Assembly (NCBI GenBank): GCA_002633005.1
Contig: NMRA01001037.1
Location: 1 to 64,000, forward strand
Direction of reading: 5' to 3'
Length of the DNA: 64,000 nt
DNA from: Phoronis australis
Taxonomy: Eukaryota; Animalia; Phoronida
The translations under genes and the position numbers were made by a program. Below the pieces are notes generated by a model. The model was not told where the DNA came from. It saw only the letters and a list, made by a program, of their open reading frames with translations, and made no database searches. Each line of letters starts with the position of its first letter. Positions within the stretch are counted from its first letter, which is position 1. Of this stretch, positions 12,415 to 25,736 are shown piece after piece.

Positions 12415-15400
12415 CTAAAACAAAGGATACAGATCGGATGTCACGCCCATTGCTGTTTTAGGTAAAGTATTTAGTAAGAGGTTAGTGTGAAATAGCAGCT
12501 CGTGTTTTTTAATATGTTTTCCAGAACACGCTTTGGAAAGGGTGTACCCCTGGCCGGGACTGAAATGGTCGCAGCCTCTTGCCTGATGAAAGGACACTGT
12601 GTTTTATGGCTAAACCAATGCAATCAACTGGCATATAACCGCACATATACTCAGTTTGCCTAGTCAACTGATGATCTTCCTCACCAACAAGTAAAAATTT
12701 GTTCAACTGTGGGTGAGATATTGCAAATGGGTCTATCTTCATAAGCCACTTAACCAGTCGAGTTCCAGTACTCGTGTTAAATTATTAGCATCGTTGCTAC
12801 GACTAGGCGTTCGACACAGGGGGATTTGGGCCCATTTCAGCGCTCTCTACTACAGAGGGATAAACGAGTTCTTACCACTTGCCGCAAAACTCATACCACA
12901 AATCTAAACCCTCCACAAAACATTTTCCGTAAATTGGCAAAATTAGCACAAAATTCTTACGTGGGAAGAAAAGCCGAAACCACACAAATGCCAGTTTTAT
13001 CATTTTTAAAAGATGCTGAAATCTCAGACCTGCAGTCTTTTAGCATTTGTGCTGAGTTTGTTTCGACATTCAGGATGCTTTGTAGATTGTATCGCGAGTC
13101 TGCTTCTTATGTCAGAGAGCCGTAGGGAGCGGGGGTCGGGGGGGGGGCTAATGCCCCCAAAAAAATTCAGGCGTCAGGGTTAAACCGTGGCAAATGACAT
13201 AGGCGTGGGGCCTTGGACAGTCAGGAAAAGAAACACTGGGAAATACGGATAAGAGGGAAAGTTCAAGAGAACATTTTACAACTCTGTATCAGTACATGGT
13301 GTACCTTTTGAGGACCCTGGCCAGGACATTGTTGTTGGGGTCTCTGCTTTTACAGCACAGGTCGTCTAAACGCTCTTGAAAACGTGCCCGTAATCATTCA
13401 TACATACATTTCAAAAATTCGAGAAAATTTGTAAAGCGAGGCTTTTGCGGAGCGTACTAATTCAATTTTGCGAAAGCAAAACTATATTTTCCCAGAGGCA
13501 GTTCTCTGGCAAGGAATAACGGAGACAACTTTCGCTTGATGTTTTTTTTTCTCTAAGTTGTATATCATTTGAGAAAAATTGATTACCTGACAGATAACAT
13601 CAATTGCTGCGCATTTCCTAATTTTTGAAAATATAGTGGCCACCCTTTTTGCATTTTTATTGAGAAATTCGTAAGGGGCCTCTCACGGAAAGAGGGCACA
13701 ATGTTGAAATCGATTATCTCTATTTTCCTGTTTTTGTGAAATCGTGCAACCCGCTTTCATGTTGAAGAAGGTCACTTCCTACACCGTCTTGTGACCACAC
13801 GACGGTGGAATGAACTGTCACGCTTTTCCAAGCTTAATGATGTTTAGCCTTTCATCTTAAGGTGCCCCATTTCATACAGGACCCTCTCTCGGTGGAGCAG
13901 TTCGGGGGAAATGTCCCCTTGTCCCTCTACACATGAAAATCCGACACTGCAAAGTGTTCACGAGGGCAGTTGAGATTCCAAATTCATCAAGACATTCGAC
14001 CCAAACAACCAAAAAATGTGAACAAAATATAATACAATTGACCGCCATCGAAAGGGTGGAATTCTGAAGAACGTGAAACCCGCTATTTGTAAATTACATA
14101 AAAGGACTATTTCCGATAGTGAGTAATAGTGATAATGATGTTACTGTTTCCAATAGTATCACAAGAATAGTATCTCTTTTGAAGATGGTTACTATGAGTT
14201 GTTTGTAAGGAATTCTCACAAGAGGAAACACTGCTGTCTAAGCTACTATTTGTGATGACCGTGTACATGTCGAAAGGGGGTACTCAAAGAACTCTCGCAA
14301 TCATGAACAAAGATTTCAGCGTGTTTTTTTTTTTGTAAGTAGAGTTCAAGTTTACCTCGTGAACCGTTATAGGTACCTCTGAAATGAGCAAAAATACACC
14401 TCAGTACGAATGTCCCATCCATGTTCCCCCGGTTACACGTGTTAAAAATCTGCGAACATGGCTGCGGAAATTGCATATAACATTCCGTTTTGATAAAAAA
14501 TTCGTTGATTTCTGATTTACTTGTTTATGCATCTACGAAAATCGATAGATTCATAGATGATCTTTGACCATTAGAAGCTAATCTTGTAAAAATTGATGAT
14601 TTTTCAGTGAATTTAGTTGCAGACTGAAGTTGCAAAAACTATAATCCGATCCCCAAATAGTAAAGTACACTTAGACAGACGATTTTTGCCTATCTAAAAT
14701 AACTCTCAAATATATTGATGAAATTCGGAATCACAAACCGTAGATCGAAAAAGTTTTAAAAGTCTTAAAATAAATAAAATTAAACTCATTGCTTGGAAAG
14801 GTTGTCTTTGAACTCTCTTGGTGTTTTTAGTTTCCAGTAGTATTGCGCAATGAATTTTTGTTCTTCAAAACTGAATTTTTGATTGCCCTGATTCCCGTGT
14901 ACGTCATGTCTGCCGCACCCACGTTAAAAATAAGATGTAGCCGTGCAGTAGGCCTGCGCAGAATCTAAGTGATCCACGGGAACTGAACTCCAGGCGTTGA
15001 AGTGAGTATTTTGGGACACACTCTGTATCATTTTCCCCACAAACCAGAAACTGGAGTGCCGGAAATGTTTCAACGAGAGATTTTGAAACGGTCCCAAAGG
15101 CACTGTATACCAGGGACCTCGGGACCTCGCCTTTTCAAAAAACTCCTTCAAAGAATGACCATAATAAAAATTAATAAGGTTTTCCCGAAACTGGATCACA
15201 ATAAAGCGAATCTTGACCTTAGAGCCAGCGCAGACGGATATGTGCGAGCTAAGCTGCCTGTCTCAAGGTGACCAGTTTTCATCGGGAATTTCGTATTTTG
15301 ACACTGTTAGACCTCAGCTACCAGGGGCGGATCCAGGATTTTGGGTTGGGGGGCGAGGCAGAGTACGAGCCAGGATTTCGCCCGTCAGACATTTGCAACC

Positions 15401-18400
15401 TCGTACTGCCAAATGGAACCTGGGAGAATATTAGGGGGGCCATGACTGACATGACCCCCTTGTCCCCCCTTAAATCCGCCACTGGATACAGTTACTTGAG
15501 GCAGCTCTTCGCTACCCGTCCGTGCACTGGTCCTAGGCTCATTCTTACTATCCGTGTTAGTTCACGGTTACTAAACTCTTGGTGGCTCCATCCCCGGGAT
15601 TGCCCCCCCCCCCCNNNNNNNNNNNNNNCCCCCCCCCCCCCAAATGCCTTGTGGCTTTCGTACGGGCTTGTGTGTGCCATCTACACTGTATGTATAATCA
15701 TGACATCGTCAAAGCACACAACGTCATCTTGTAGTGTGAGTAAAAACATGACAAGTAGCCTTTCAGCTATTTTACCAAAATGAAAATTTGAAAGTCCGTG
15801 TCGCCTTCGTTATAGGTCTACATAACTGCATAATATGAAGAAACCTCGTGGCTCACGTCGGGCACGTGAAGGTCTACAGTCCGTGGTAAGAGTTTATTTT
15901 ACCCCGTAATCGCGCTTTGCTGCAATGTTGGCTAAAACCGCTTCTTAACGCCACTGACTATCTCTAGTCACAGAAAAAGCAGTTACCCTGACACAAAGCT
16001 CTTATTAATCGCGCTTGCACACAAAAAAACTCAACCACACCATCTAAATCTACTTAGAATCGTGTGAGTTTGAAAACGCATGTGTCGAAGATTCCTTCAT
16101 GATTACACGCATGGCATGAAAATAACATGTACTTGAAAGAAGTCGCATTCCTCAAAATGGCGGAGCATCAACAAAAATGATACCTCCTGCACAGAAGATT
16201 TTTCAATAGATGGCAGCACAAGCAGAAACTGGTTTAGCAGTCGCTGCACTAATTTTCTTCACCGGTTTATCCATGTCAACTGGCTAAGAAGATCGAAATC
16301 CTATCCTGATTGGTTTGTAAGCCAGAAATCGTCATTTAGAAAGAAGCGGGTGTCTTAGCGGGTACACCCATTTGACCCCGGTGTTGGAGTGAATCAATTT
16401 CTGCCATTCTAATTACGATTGTCTAGACTCCAAGCACTTCATCTTTTCAGCAGTGCATTATTTTTTGCATAAGATAAAGAGAAATTGAACAGAAATGCAT
16501 ACCCAGAAACCATCAGCCATTGTACATGAAATGGAGAAGTAACACAGCTTATGCACATGTACTTGATTCTCGTTGCCGGTTCAGCCGGGTCCACTGACAA
16601 GGATTTCTGATTGGTCTGCAAACCGGAGTCGTCATCGAGAACCACTAAATGTTCAAGAGACCTGCCTTGTTAATTAGAACGTTAAAAACTTACTCGACGA
16701 GGTTCCTCCCATAGCCAGTCCTTGCACGGCGTAAACGGCACTCAGCATATCGACGCCACGCGCCCATGGCGTGATTATGATACAGCTGCCGAAAAACAAC
16801 GTCGTCACAGCTAGCGCCACGTCGTCATGGTGCGGAAATCGGTCCAAGATGAAACCAGTCAGGAAAGAGGCGGCAGCTCGACATGGATGCAACAAAGACA
16901 CGGCCTGAAAAAGCCAAAGTCTTTTTAACACGACATAATTTTCCTAAACTTCATCAAAAACTTGTCTAGAATTCGACCTCAAGATTAGCGTTACATTTTA
17001 AAAGATTAGACCATTTTGGTCAGATTTTTACTACATAAATCTATGATCATTATTGCTGAGCCTTGTGACTACACGGTGGGCTCCGGACGTGTTTTTTGCC
17101 TGGCCCTATGTTGTAACTTAGTGTGGGGCAGTGTAAGAACGTCTGTAAAATAGTTATTAAAAGTTATTAAATGTACACACATTCAGTTACGCAAAACAAA
17201 GTCTAAAAATAATTGTTCTATACGACAACATGCACAAAAAATTCAAGATTTATCAATTTTACTCTTGCCCTACAACGTGTCTCTCTATGTGTCACAACAT
17301 TTTTATGCTCGTTTATGTGAGTTATTTGCGGATGCATATCTGAAAATATTTTTAGTGAACAAAGCTTAAATTCCCCCGAAAGTTTACCGTCAACGAATTT
17401 AAGTGGAAAATTTTTCTTAAGAATCGCTTATGATTTCCCAACCATTAATGTGACATTCTCTGTGTGATGTTATGTAGATAGTGATAGGTGGCGCTGTTAG
17501 CAAGATGTCAGCTGCCTTTTTAGTTGGATTTGTGAGCTCGATGAGTTACAAATTAAAACATACGTTAAGTCCATATAGTTACCCTCATCATATTACACCT
17601 TAAAGTAACATAATAGTGAGTTTTAACTTTGAGCATACCCCTTTAATACCAATGTGAAGGACAATCCTTTGATGGGTAGGGGGACCGAACAATGAAAAGA
17701 AAGGACGGGACTTCAAAGGAGAAGGATGCCACCAAAAATGAGAAGGGAGTAATGGAATGGGAAAAACAGGATTGTTTGATTGTTATTGGCAGGCCAGTTG
17801 CGTATTTAAGTGGACAGGGGTTTACGTGCCTTACATCGGGTGATGAATTCTGATTCTGTGGGTATATTTGTGACCCAAAGCTCCTGCAGTAGAGACATGA
17901 CTCTTCACGTGCACTAAACCGAATAATCTTAATGTTATCAGACTATAGAAGTATAACACGTACAACGACCTGGAACACTTAAACATGTGTTACCAAATGC
18001 TGTGCAATGTGGCCTGAGAGGCATTAACATGTAGAAAATGTCCTGCCTACATGTTTGCGGGAAATCCCTACCTGCGACATGCCTTCGTAGTTCGTATTCA
18101 CTCTCTCAATCATATCAAGCATCGAAGTACCCAAAACCTTTGAAGACATACCCTGAAGAAATACATTTGATCATGGCATATTCTAAATCAAAACACTACA
18201 ATACAGGAATATTAAGATAAGTTGCGAGTATATTTCAAAAATGTTTTGCAAATTTGAGGCAAACTAGTCAAAACGTGTTAAATGCGATATTTTTAGCACA
18301 ACAAATTATTGTATCTATGTAAAACATTTTTATCGTAATCTATTTTGCCCGGGGTACGCCACGAGCTATGTTGCAGAGTAAAACAAGAGGAGGATTGCGA

Positions 18401-21400
18401 ATATTGTCATTTATTATGACGTAAATAGATAAAACTAACTAAGACTCTGCAAGATGGGCATGGACAAAACGCGCACCGGCGTGTACAATGAATAGCCCTG
18501 AAAGAGGGAACAAAACAAAGAACTGCCTGAAGGGCTTAAAGGAAAAGTACAGAACATGAACACAAAACTTGAAAAAACCTAACAGGAAATGTATATGAGC
18601 AAAGAGAAAGTGGAACCGACACCCGGGATGGGGGGTAGGGAAAAATGAAGAGAACTAACGTAGGTCTTATAACGACGAGGTAGGTGGCTGAATGACAGAC
18701 CACGTTGAACTGAACAAAGGAAATATGGGCGACCAATCAGGAGTCGCGTAGAGAAACGTATGAATACAAAAGTAGGCCTTTGAGGCTATAAATAGAGATG
18801 AGTAATGCAAAATAAACCCTAAGGACTAGTATCAAAATAAAGAGACAAGTGTCAAAATAATGACGATAAATGCATTTAACAAGTTATATTTAATTTCGTG
18901 CTGCCCTGACACACAGTGTAATGAACAAACAATTAAAAGTGATTTTGGTGCATTAGGGCATTCTCCCGTTCACCCCAATAGCGGAGTTGCAACGCCGCCA
19001 TATTGGAAATGGGTCAGAATGTTGCATTGTGGTTAAGCCGGTAAACAAGTACGTCGGCAAGCGTGGGGGCGAACCGGCCACAGGGAGGTTATACGTGTTG
19101 TGTGCCTGGCATGCTATAATACCAGTTAGCGAAATAAAAAATTTAGTTACTACCTGTTTCCCAAGGATCAAGAACTGCGTTAAACATGGGTCAGAGACAT
19201 CGGTAGAGCTGGTAGCAAAGGCCGACTTCGTGAATTCTTTCCGACTTCGTAGCATAAAGTGTGCAGCGCTCATTTTGAGGGCGGCAAGAAAACGTATCTT
19301 AGAAACTGCCCAACAATATCTCCCTTCAAAGAAACAGTAACAAATACTCCACGGCGGTTGGTAGTGAAAAAANNNNNNNNNNNNNNNNNNNNNNNNNNNN
19401 NNNNNNNNNNNNNNNNNNNNNNNNNNNNNNNNNNNNNNNNNNNNNNNNNNNNNNNNNNNNNNNNNNNNNNNNNNNNNNNNNNNNNNNNNNNNNNNNNNNN
19501 NNNNNNNNNNNNNNNNNNNNNNNNNNNNNNNNNNNNNNNNNNNNNNNNNNNNNNNNNNNNNNNNNNNNNNNNNNNNNNNNNNNNNNNNNNNNNNNNNNNN
19601 NNNNNNNNNNNNNNNNNNNNNNNNNNNNNNNNNNNNNNNNNNNNNNNNNNNNNNNNNNNNNNNNNNNNNNNNNNNNNNNNNNNNNNNNNNNNNNNNNNNN
19701 NNNNNNNNNNNNNNNNNNNNNNNNNNNNNNNNNNNNNNNNNNNNNNNNNNNNNNNNNNNNNNNNNNNNNNNNNNNNNNNNNNNNNNNNCCCGCTCTTTGA
19801 CAAGTACGCTGTGTCTGTTTTCAAAGTCCAGACCCGCGTAGTGGGGCACATCCCTCGCAAGAGCAGCAAAACTTCTGCGTTCTTTTTGAATCGCGGCGTA
19901 AGTTTGAAGTGTATACGGACATAACGGTGAGGCTCGTGGTCCGTTACAAATTCAGGCTGTCGGATCTTTCAATTGATAAATTGGAGACGTTAGAACTGTA
20001 GGTAAGGGCATTTTTCGCATGTAGTTCATGGGCTGGGCGCTTACTTTAGCAAAGTCTGAAAACGCGTTGGGGCACTTGTTGAGCCATGGGCGCTAATTAG
20101 GGCGAATAGCGGCAGAATTACATACAGCAGCGTAGTTTAATGCACACAAATTACACGTCGTGCAAACCAGTCGGTCATCCCGTTTACCATCAACAATCCC
20201 AGTAGCCTTTGCGCACCCTAATTTCCGGACATGCGCAATCGTTAAATCGATTCGGTTGCAACTCCGCTATTTGTTCAATCGGATGGCAAACGTACAAGTT
20301 GGCCGGTTGACCGTTGTAGCAATAGTTTCACACCATTAACTTCATTGGGGGTATTTATGGTTGCAGGGCCAGCTCTCTTTTGTTCGATAATTGCTCTAAT
20401 CTCCGATGATACTCTCTAGTCTGACTGCCGGGCTGTGCATGCTGGCCATATGCTTCAAAGAGTTACTGCAATGCGTTCGGACAGAATAAATTCTCTTAAT
20501 AACGTAGGTTGTAGTTGGATAATTTTGGTGATTCGAAAATTAAATGTGATCACAATTTGAATTCAGGATTTTTATTGGTTGCTGTTCAGTATCTTTTATT
20601 TTTAACAGCATGCTGTCATGCCAGACAAAAGACTGCGCTCATTAGTGAACAAAATACCTAAACGTTATTAGACGTTCAGAACCGGCATTGTCTGGTAAAA
20701 TCATTGAACGCGAGAAAGCTCTAATGGAGAATCAGGTGAAAGACGGCAGAGTTAGGAGATATTCGTTTTCAAATGCCGAGTCTGCCAGGTTCCCAAGTGA
20801 CCAGGCGTTCAATTGACGTTTGTTTAGCAAGGAAACGCCGATGTTAAGTCTTTCTACTGCATATATCACTAAAATAGTCCTTATTGCCGAAACTATGTGC
20901 AAGTATTTACTAAATTGTGTAGAATTTCCTTTATAAAACTGCAATGGCTCTAAATAGGCTTAATTTGTCACCGGACATTGCAGTTAGTTAACCCGCTGGC
21001 TGCATGGTGCGCAATATGAGGTCGTGGGTTCGAAGCCTGACAAAAGTTTGTTTCGTTTGAATTGAATATATATTTTTTCATATCGAGGTTGCTTTGAATG
21101 ATTTCTTTAACAACAGTGATTAAGTTTGAAGATGAAGTTCATTCAATTTCATATGCAAACATTAATATCATATACAGTGTAAGTGGCTCTCAGTCTTTTT
21201 AGCCACGGTTGAATTTGCCTGCCCCAGTTTCATTAAAAATGGTTCCTGCTGGGATGGCTGGGCATTTTACGTTTTTACTGCACGTGAAGGCTACGATTGG
21301 CATTTGTTTCATTTTTAATCTGTTCAGAGTGAATTCAAAGGTTGCCAGCTGTTGACCCCTGACCCATTTTTGTTCTGTCATGGCTTTTCTTAACCTTTAC

Positions 21401-22483
21401 TGCTTGCAAGTGGTGGCGTGCACGTCGTCTTCGGTGAAAGCGGAGTTATTTTCACTGGCAGTGAAATTGTTGTCATTGACAGTTTTTTCGTCGTCGTTGA
21501 AGCGTCGGTGTCAGTGTCATTCCTTGGTGTGGTTGACAATGCTGTCTGGATTATAATTTGTATCTTGTTACAAATTGTGTCTTGTTTCCATAATTATAAG
21601 AAGCATAATGCGTGACGCATGCGCATTTATACCTTTGCGATGACCAATGCCTTTAATTTTTCCATGTGTCCCTACAAAATGATGTGCCCGTTTTCGAAGA
21701 AAAAATATTTGACACTTTTTTAAAAATCCAAGTGATAATTTTTGCAACAAATCAGCCAAAAAAGTCGATTTTTGCTATTCATAGGATAAATTTTCTTTGA
21801 TCTCATTTATCAATGTACGTCACTATATCCGAATGCTACACAGTCAAATTAACGCAGTACGGATTACGCATATACAATTTTCGCATTATTAACAAGTGAA
21901 AATGCCTCTTTTATTGAATTTGTTCAAAGACTTAGAATAAACGTATCGTGAACAATCATCGTGCGTGACTTTATTGTGATATGCAGTTTTGACGTCGCTG
22001 TTGGCTCAGTGCCCAGGCATCTAGTTGCTTAAGGCATCATTGGTGCTGTTTTCAGTGCCAGCGTCATCACCAATGTCTTGGTCTTGGTTGAAATTCCTGT
22101 TTTCATTGTCAATCTCAGTTTTAAGATCTTCATTCGATTTCTCCAAGCGTCGCTCTTAAGTGCGCTTTCTTTTTTAATTTCGGCATTTTAATTTTATCTG
22201 ATGAGTCCAACACGTCAAAATGACGTCTACTAAATAAGCGAAGTGTCGACCGGACGACAATAGTCGTCGGTGTTCACAGAACATGTCGTAACAACCATGT
22301 TTGACTGAACTCTCGCGAAAATTGACAACTTACAACGCAGGCGTAGACAACAAAGAGAACAGCGGTCTTGACGTAACGATATCTGCTGGAAAGGTTGTAG
22401 TCCGTGGTTTCTTTGACTTCGTCCTTTTGTGACGTCGAGTCTTTGATAATGTTTCCATTGACATCTTCACTCGAATTTTCCAT
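11372..22483 (-). CDS. MFS transporter paralog B (MFSD4/NaGLT1-like), join(22483-22334,18152-18072,16904-16694,12414-11372), 494 aa
   Basis: Four GT-AG exons (phases 0,0,1) join into an open 1485-nt frame. It has about 12 hydrophobic segments, an MFS motif-A-like GFILDRF, N-glycosylation sequons in an extracellular loop, and EEVLNGYLMTY in TM7. Confidence 0.88.
15322..15484 (-). mobile_element. MITE family 1 copy (opposite orientation)
   Basis: CAGGGGCGGATC...AATCCGCCACTG; flanks GCTAC/GATAC. Confidence 0.78.
16694..16904 (-). CDS. MFS paralog B exon 3
   Basis: 211 bp, AVSLLHPCRAAASFLTGFILDRFP...GGTSS, GTAAGT donor. Confidence 0.87.
18072..18152 (-). CDS. MFS paralog B exon 2
   Basis: 81 bp, GMSSKVLGTSMLDMIERVNTNYEGMSQ. 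Confidence 0.85.
18331..18868. mobile_element. Unclassified insertion with imperfect inverted ends in paralog B intron 1
   Basis: Absent from the homologous intron of paralog A (about 5190-5250); ends TATCGTAATCTATTTTG / CAAAATAATGACGATA. Confidence 0.4.
19373..19788. other. Assembly gap (N run)
   Basis: 416 N. Confidence 0.99.
19789..20114 (+). mobile_element. Fragment encoding a HIRAN-like peptide followed by a CCGTA-type (Tc1/pogo-like) TIR end; probably nested in the THAP element
   Basis: Peptide FDKYAVSVFKVQTRVVGHIPRKSSK resembles the HIRAN D-x-x-AV...VGH/YxP motif. GGGCGCTAATTAGGGCGAATAGCGG at about 20088-20112 resembles a right TIR. Confidence 0.45.
20945..21045 (+). mobile_element. 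Possible tRNA-derived SINE head (degenerate)
   Basis: B-box-like GGGTTCGAAGCC at about 21026-21037 with a weak A-box; no intact cloverleaf. Confidence 0.3.
22334..22483 (-). CDS. MFS paralog B exon 1
   Basis: MENSSEDVNGN...LFVVYACV, GTAAGT donor; the upstream ATG used by A and C is GTG here (22513-22511). Confidence 0.8.
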
Positions 22484-23658
22484 AGTTTCAGCCGATCTTA
22501 AACTGTCAGCCACAACGCTTCTAGGGTTCAAGAATTAGATCGAAGGTCCATCATAAACACAGTAATTTATTGCAAATCAAGTGGTCAAGTGACAGCTCTA
22601 TAGATCTCTCCTTGCACGTGTACAGAATTATACACGTGACAATTGCAAAACACACTCGTTAGGTAACAAGAACTACCGATAAAGTTCGCGAGACAAGGCC
22701 CTTGTTTTATGAACTTTTCGATTCTTGAAACTTAATAGTCTATATCGTTGGTATATAAGATAACTGAAGTTATAAAGTCGCCTATACCGGAATAAAATCA
22801 GTAAGAAAAATATGGGGAGCAAGCTAGAGTACTTTCTGCCTGAGTGTCTGTCATTCATTGCTGCGTCTCCTAAACCTCTTACAAATGCTTATTAGGGTTT
22901 TCTTGATGTGTTCCTGTAAAGTTGACGTTAGATGGTGACAAAATTAGGATCGATTCGACTACCGACGCGCCCTCAGTGACAACATATTTTTTATTTGCTT
23001 TTGTATCTTCGGAGTTACGTGATCGATTGTTATGAAATTTGGAAATAGGTTTTTATCAAAGAGTCGAGGACACCTTCACATTTTGGGCGGATTTGGAAGT
23101 ATTTCGTGTCACATAAAGTCTACTTTAATAATTTTGGAGTCCGATCTTGGCTCCCAATTGTCTATCCGCCATACCGCTCGAAAGGTAAATAAATTATAGA
23201 ATTTGGCAGATGTGTTACTACTGAGAATAAAACGACTGACGGCGATTTTCGAAATGTGTCCGACTATTTTGATGCTCCATGTTGATAAACATTCCCAAGC
23301 ATCATTTACGATGCAGTCCAGTTGGCGCAATTTAACGTCTTGCGTTGTTCTCCCAGTGCTATGGCTTACCTGAAAACCTCGCGATTTGTACATTCTAGCG
23401 CAAATCGAGAGCTCTCGACATTTTTAAAAGAACCAGTTTTTGACCTTATCAATTCACATTTGCTAAATGGCCACACATGAACAGAACGTTATTTCACCAC
23501 TATGCAGGACTATTGAGGTACGAGAGATAACTTTAAATAACCATCCGAAATTTTATCGAATTGTTATGTTCACAAATCGCGTTTCAATTCTTTAGATTTA
23601 ATAATTCAAGAATAATGTTTCGTAAAACCAAATTTCTTTGAATTCGTTAAGATATTAG

Positions 23659-23815
23659 CAGTGACGGATTTAAGGAGGAGGGGGCAAGAGGCCATGCCCC
23701 CCTCCCCTAACATTTCCCCAGCTTCCATTTGGCAGTACGGGGATGCAAATGTCTGACGGGAAAAATCCTGGCTAATACTCTGCCCTACCTCCCCCCCCCA
23801 CAACTCAAAATCCTG
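23659..23815 (+). mobile_element. MITE family 1 copy, right end truncated
   Basis: CAGTGACGGATTTAAGG...AATCCTGGCTAATACTCTGCCC...CAACTCAAAATCCTG aligns to 7281-7441. Confidence 0.75.
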
Positions 23816-24508
23816 ACTGTATATGACCGTTTCCAGACATGAACACCCACTCGCCTAATCGGGTTCCAAGGCACTGGCTGGGATAACAAGCGTTTTGTGT
23901 GTTTATCACTGACCAGACCCAAACTCCCGGTATCGACCATGAAAAATCGGCCTACCGAACCTATAGGAGTCTACACTCCTTGACCGAACTCTGTAGGCTA
24001 CCCGCGGACGTTCAAATACCTATAAATCCGTAACAGTGAAATAAAACAACACGTTTGTTCAAGAACTCGATGTATTTGTAAGGGATTTACATCGAAATGT
24101 GATTATTTATTGGTGTAAAACGATGCATTCAAGCGATGAGTTGACACCAGTAAGCGTGTTGTGAACGGCTGAACAGACTGCTTTCGAACTGATTACGTCA
24201 TTGGTTAATTTCAACACCGTCTGCAGCCAGGTATCAGGTAAAACAACTGAACTTGGTGTTATCGAGTGGAACTACTCGATCTAAATTGGTACAAAATATC
24301 TAGTTTGTTTTTTGGGTGGCGTTCTCCTTTAAAGTGTGCGCTTACTCTGTATTACATCGTTTCTCTTTGAATGATGGAACTCTCAGGCTTGTGCAAGAGC
24401 TAAGATATTTTGTACATCATAAAAAGTGTCTCGGATGTGACTGATGACCTACGGCAACGAAGAAAACGACAGTTTTGCTCAAGCTCAAATTAAATTATGT
24501 CAACCTCC

Positions 24509-24734
24509 CATGCGCGCACCTAGCCTAAAATATAGGAGGGCTCGATTTTTCCAATACGTGGACCTTTTACTGAAAAGAAACTTGGACTATGTTCAGACCC
24601 ATAAATTGTACATTCGCGCCGCATTCCTGTGGATTTTGTCTCATTTTCTCGGACTTTTTGTTTCTCTGAGGCGGACCATTTTGCCCACTTCGCTCCAGGT
24701 GCCCCCCTCCCCCCTAGATGCGCATACTAGTATG
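24509..24734 (+). mobile_element. MITE family 2 (CATGCG(C/T)GCACC TIR, 5-bp TSD), degenerate right end
   Basis: Starts CATGCGCGCACCTAGCCTAAAATATAGG, as in 38169 and the reverse of 51328; flanks CCTCC/CTTCC. Confidence 0.6.
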
Positions 24735-25736
24735 CTTCCGCGTACAAAATTCAGTGGTTTATCCCTTTCTCTGCCCCAATGTTTAATGCCGACCTGTCGT
24801 GAAATTTCTCAGAAGTGGTAAGCATAATATATACACAAAACGCCCGAGAGTGGAGTCGATGAAGTATAATGTCCCACGAGATATTATTCCGTGTACCGAC
24901 CGAGACTAGAAAGTTTAATGATCGAATCGGCTAATTACGTCTAGTCGACATTGGCCTATTTTTTAACTTTCCATGTCAGAGGGTAGAGTTGAAGACGTGC
25001 GAGATGTAAATATGGAAAACAATATCACATGGCCGTATTACACTCGACTGATTCAACACGTATTGGATAAATACCCGCATGTATTTTTAAGCTATAATTA
25101 AGTTTCTCTTCAGCTTGAAAGTACTAGCACTATGTGTAGCCTCTTTTTGATATTCAGTGTAGTAAGCCAACTCTAAAAAAATATTGTTGTCGATCTTCAT
25201 GCCGTCTACATGCCTCGAATCACATTGTCTAAGCTGTAAGTGAATGTGAGCTTAGGGTTTCTTCTACAGTCCGTGCATTTTGGAATATTAACCACGTTTT
25301 GGTCTAAATATGTAATCTGCAGTTATCGTTAGATTCACTTTCATTTCAAATTTTTAGAATTATTTACACTGAGTTACATTCATCCTTACTTCGTCTTTTC
25401 GCACTACTTTTAAATTTTAGCACTTTAACTGTATTGTATCACATCTTACAAGACTCAAAATTCAAAGCAAGTGACGCTGTACACATTAGTAGTTCGTGCC
25501 AATGGATAAACAGCCAGATACGTGAACAGAATAATCCACATGAAGACATATAGCAACTTCCATGGCGGTCAAAAATATTAAATTTGGCTTCATGCTCACA
25601 CCAATCCAGTCTACTTTCAAACGATTACAGCGACAATCTTGTGTCTGCGGCAAATTTTAGCAAAAGCTCAACTGCCCGCTGTGACAACGATGTGCGGAAT
25701 GATCTGAAACTCTATGTCTGAAACCACAGGTGTCAG

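Larger units (their letters stand above)
18980..20268 (+). mobile_element. TIR DNA transposon with decayed THAP domain (ISL2EU/PIF-Harbinger-like), spans an assembly gap
   Basis: Perfect 14-bp TIR AGCGGAGTTGCAAC / GTTGCAACTCCGCT with AT on both sides (AAT/ATT). 19084-19372 reads GGYTCCVPG/CYN...FPKD...W...VCSAHF...PTI, a THAP C2CH finger with one frameshift and three stops. Confidence 0.75.

Noticed and set aside
15603-15641. C-run with internal N gap
   Set aside because: Homopolymer assembly gap; ORFs through it are artefacts.
17449-17597. Solo-LTR-like segment TGTGATGT...TATTACA
   Set aside because: Resembles a short Gypsy LTR but no TSD or second copy could be found.
18953-19924. Long ORFs of 199-298 aa
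   Set aside because: Length comes from reading through 416 N; only the THAP and HIRAN-like parts are meaningful.
20945-21045. tRNA gene
   Set aside because: Only a B-box-like motif; no cloverleaf. Kept only as a weak SINE-like relic.
21190-22160. Acidic, coding-looking minus-strand patches in paralog B intron 1
   Set aside because: Multiple stops, no recognisable domain, no splice fit with the MFS gene.
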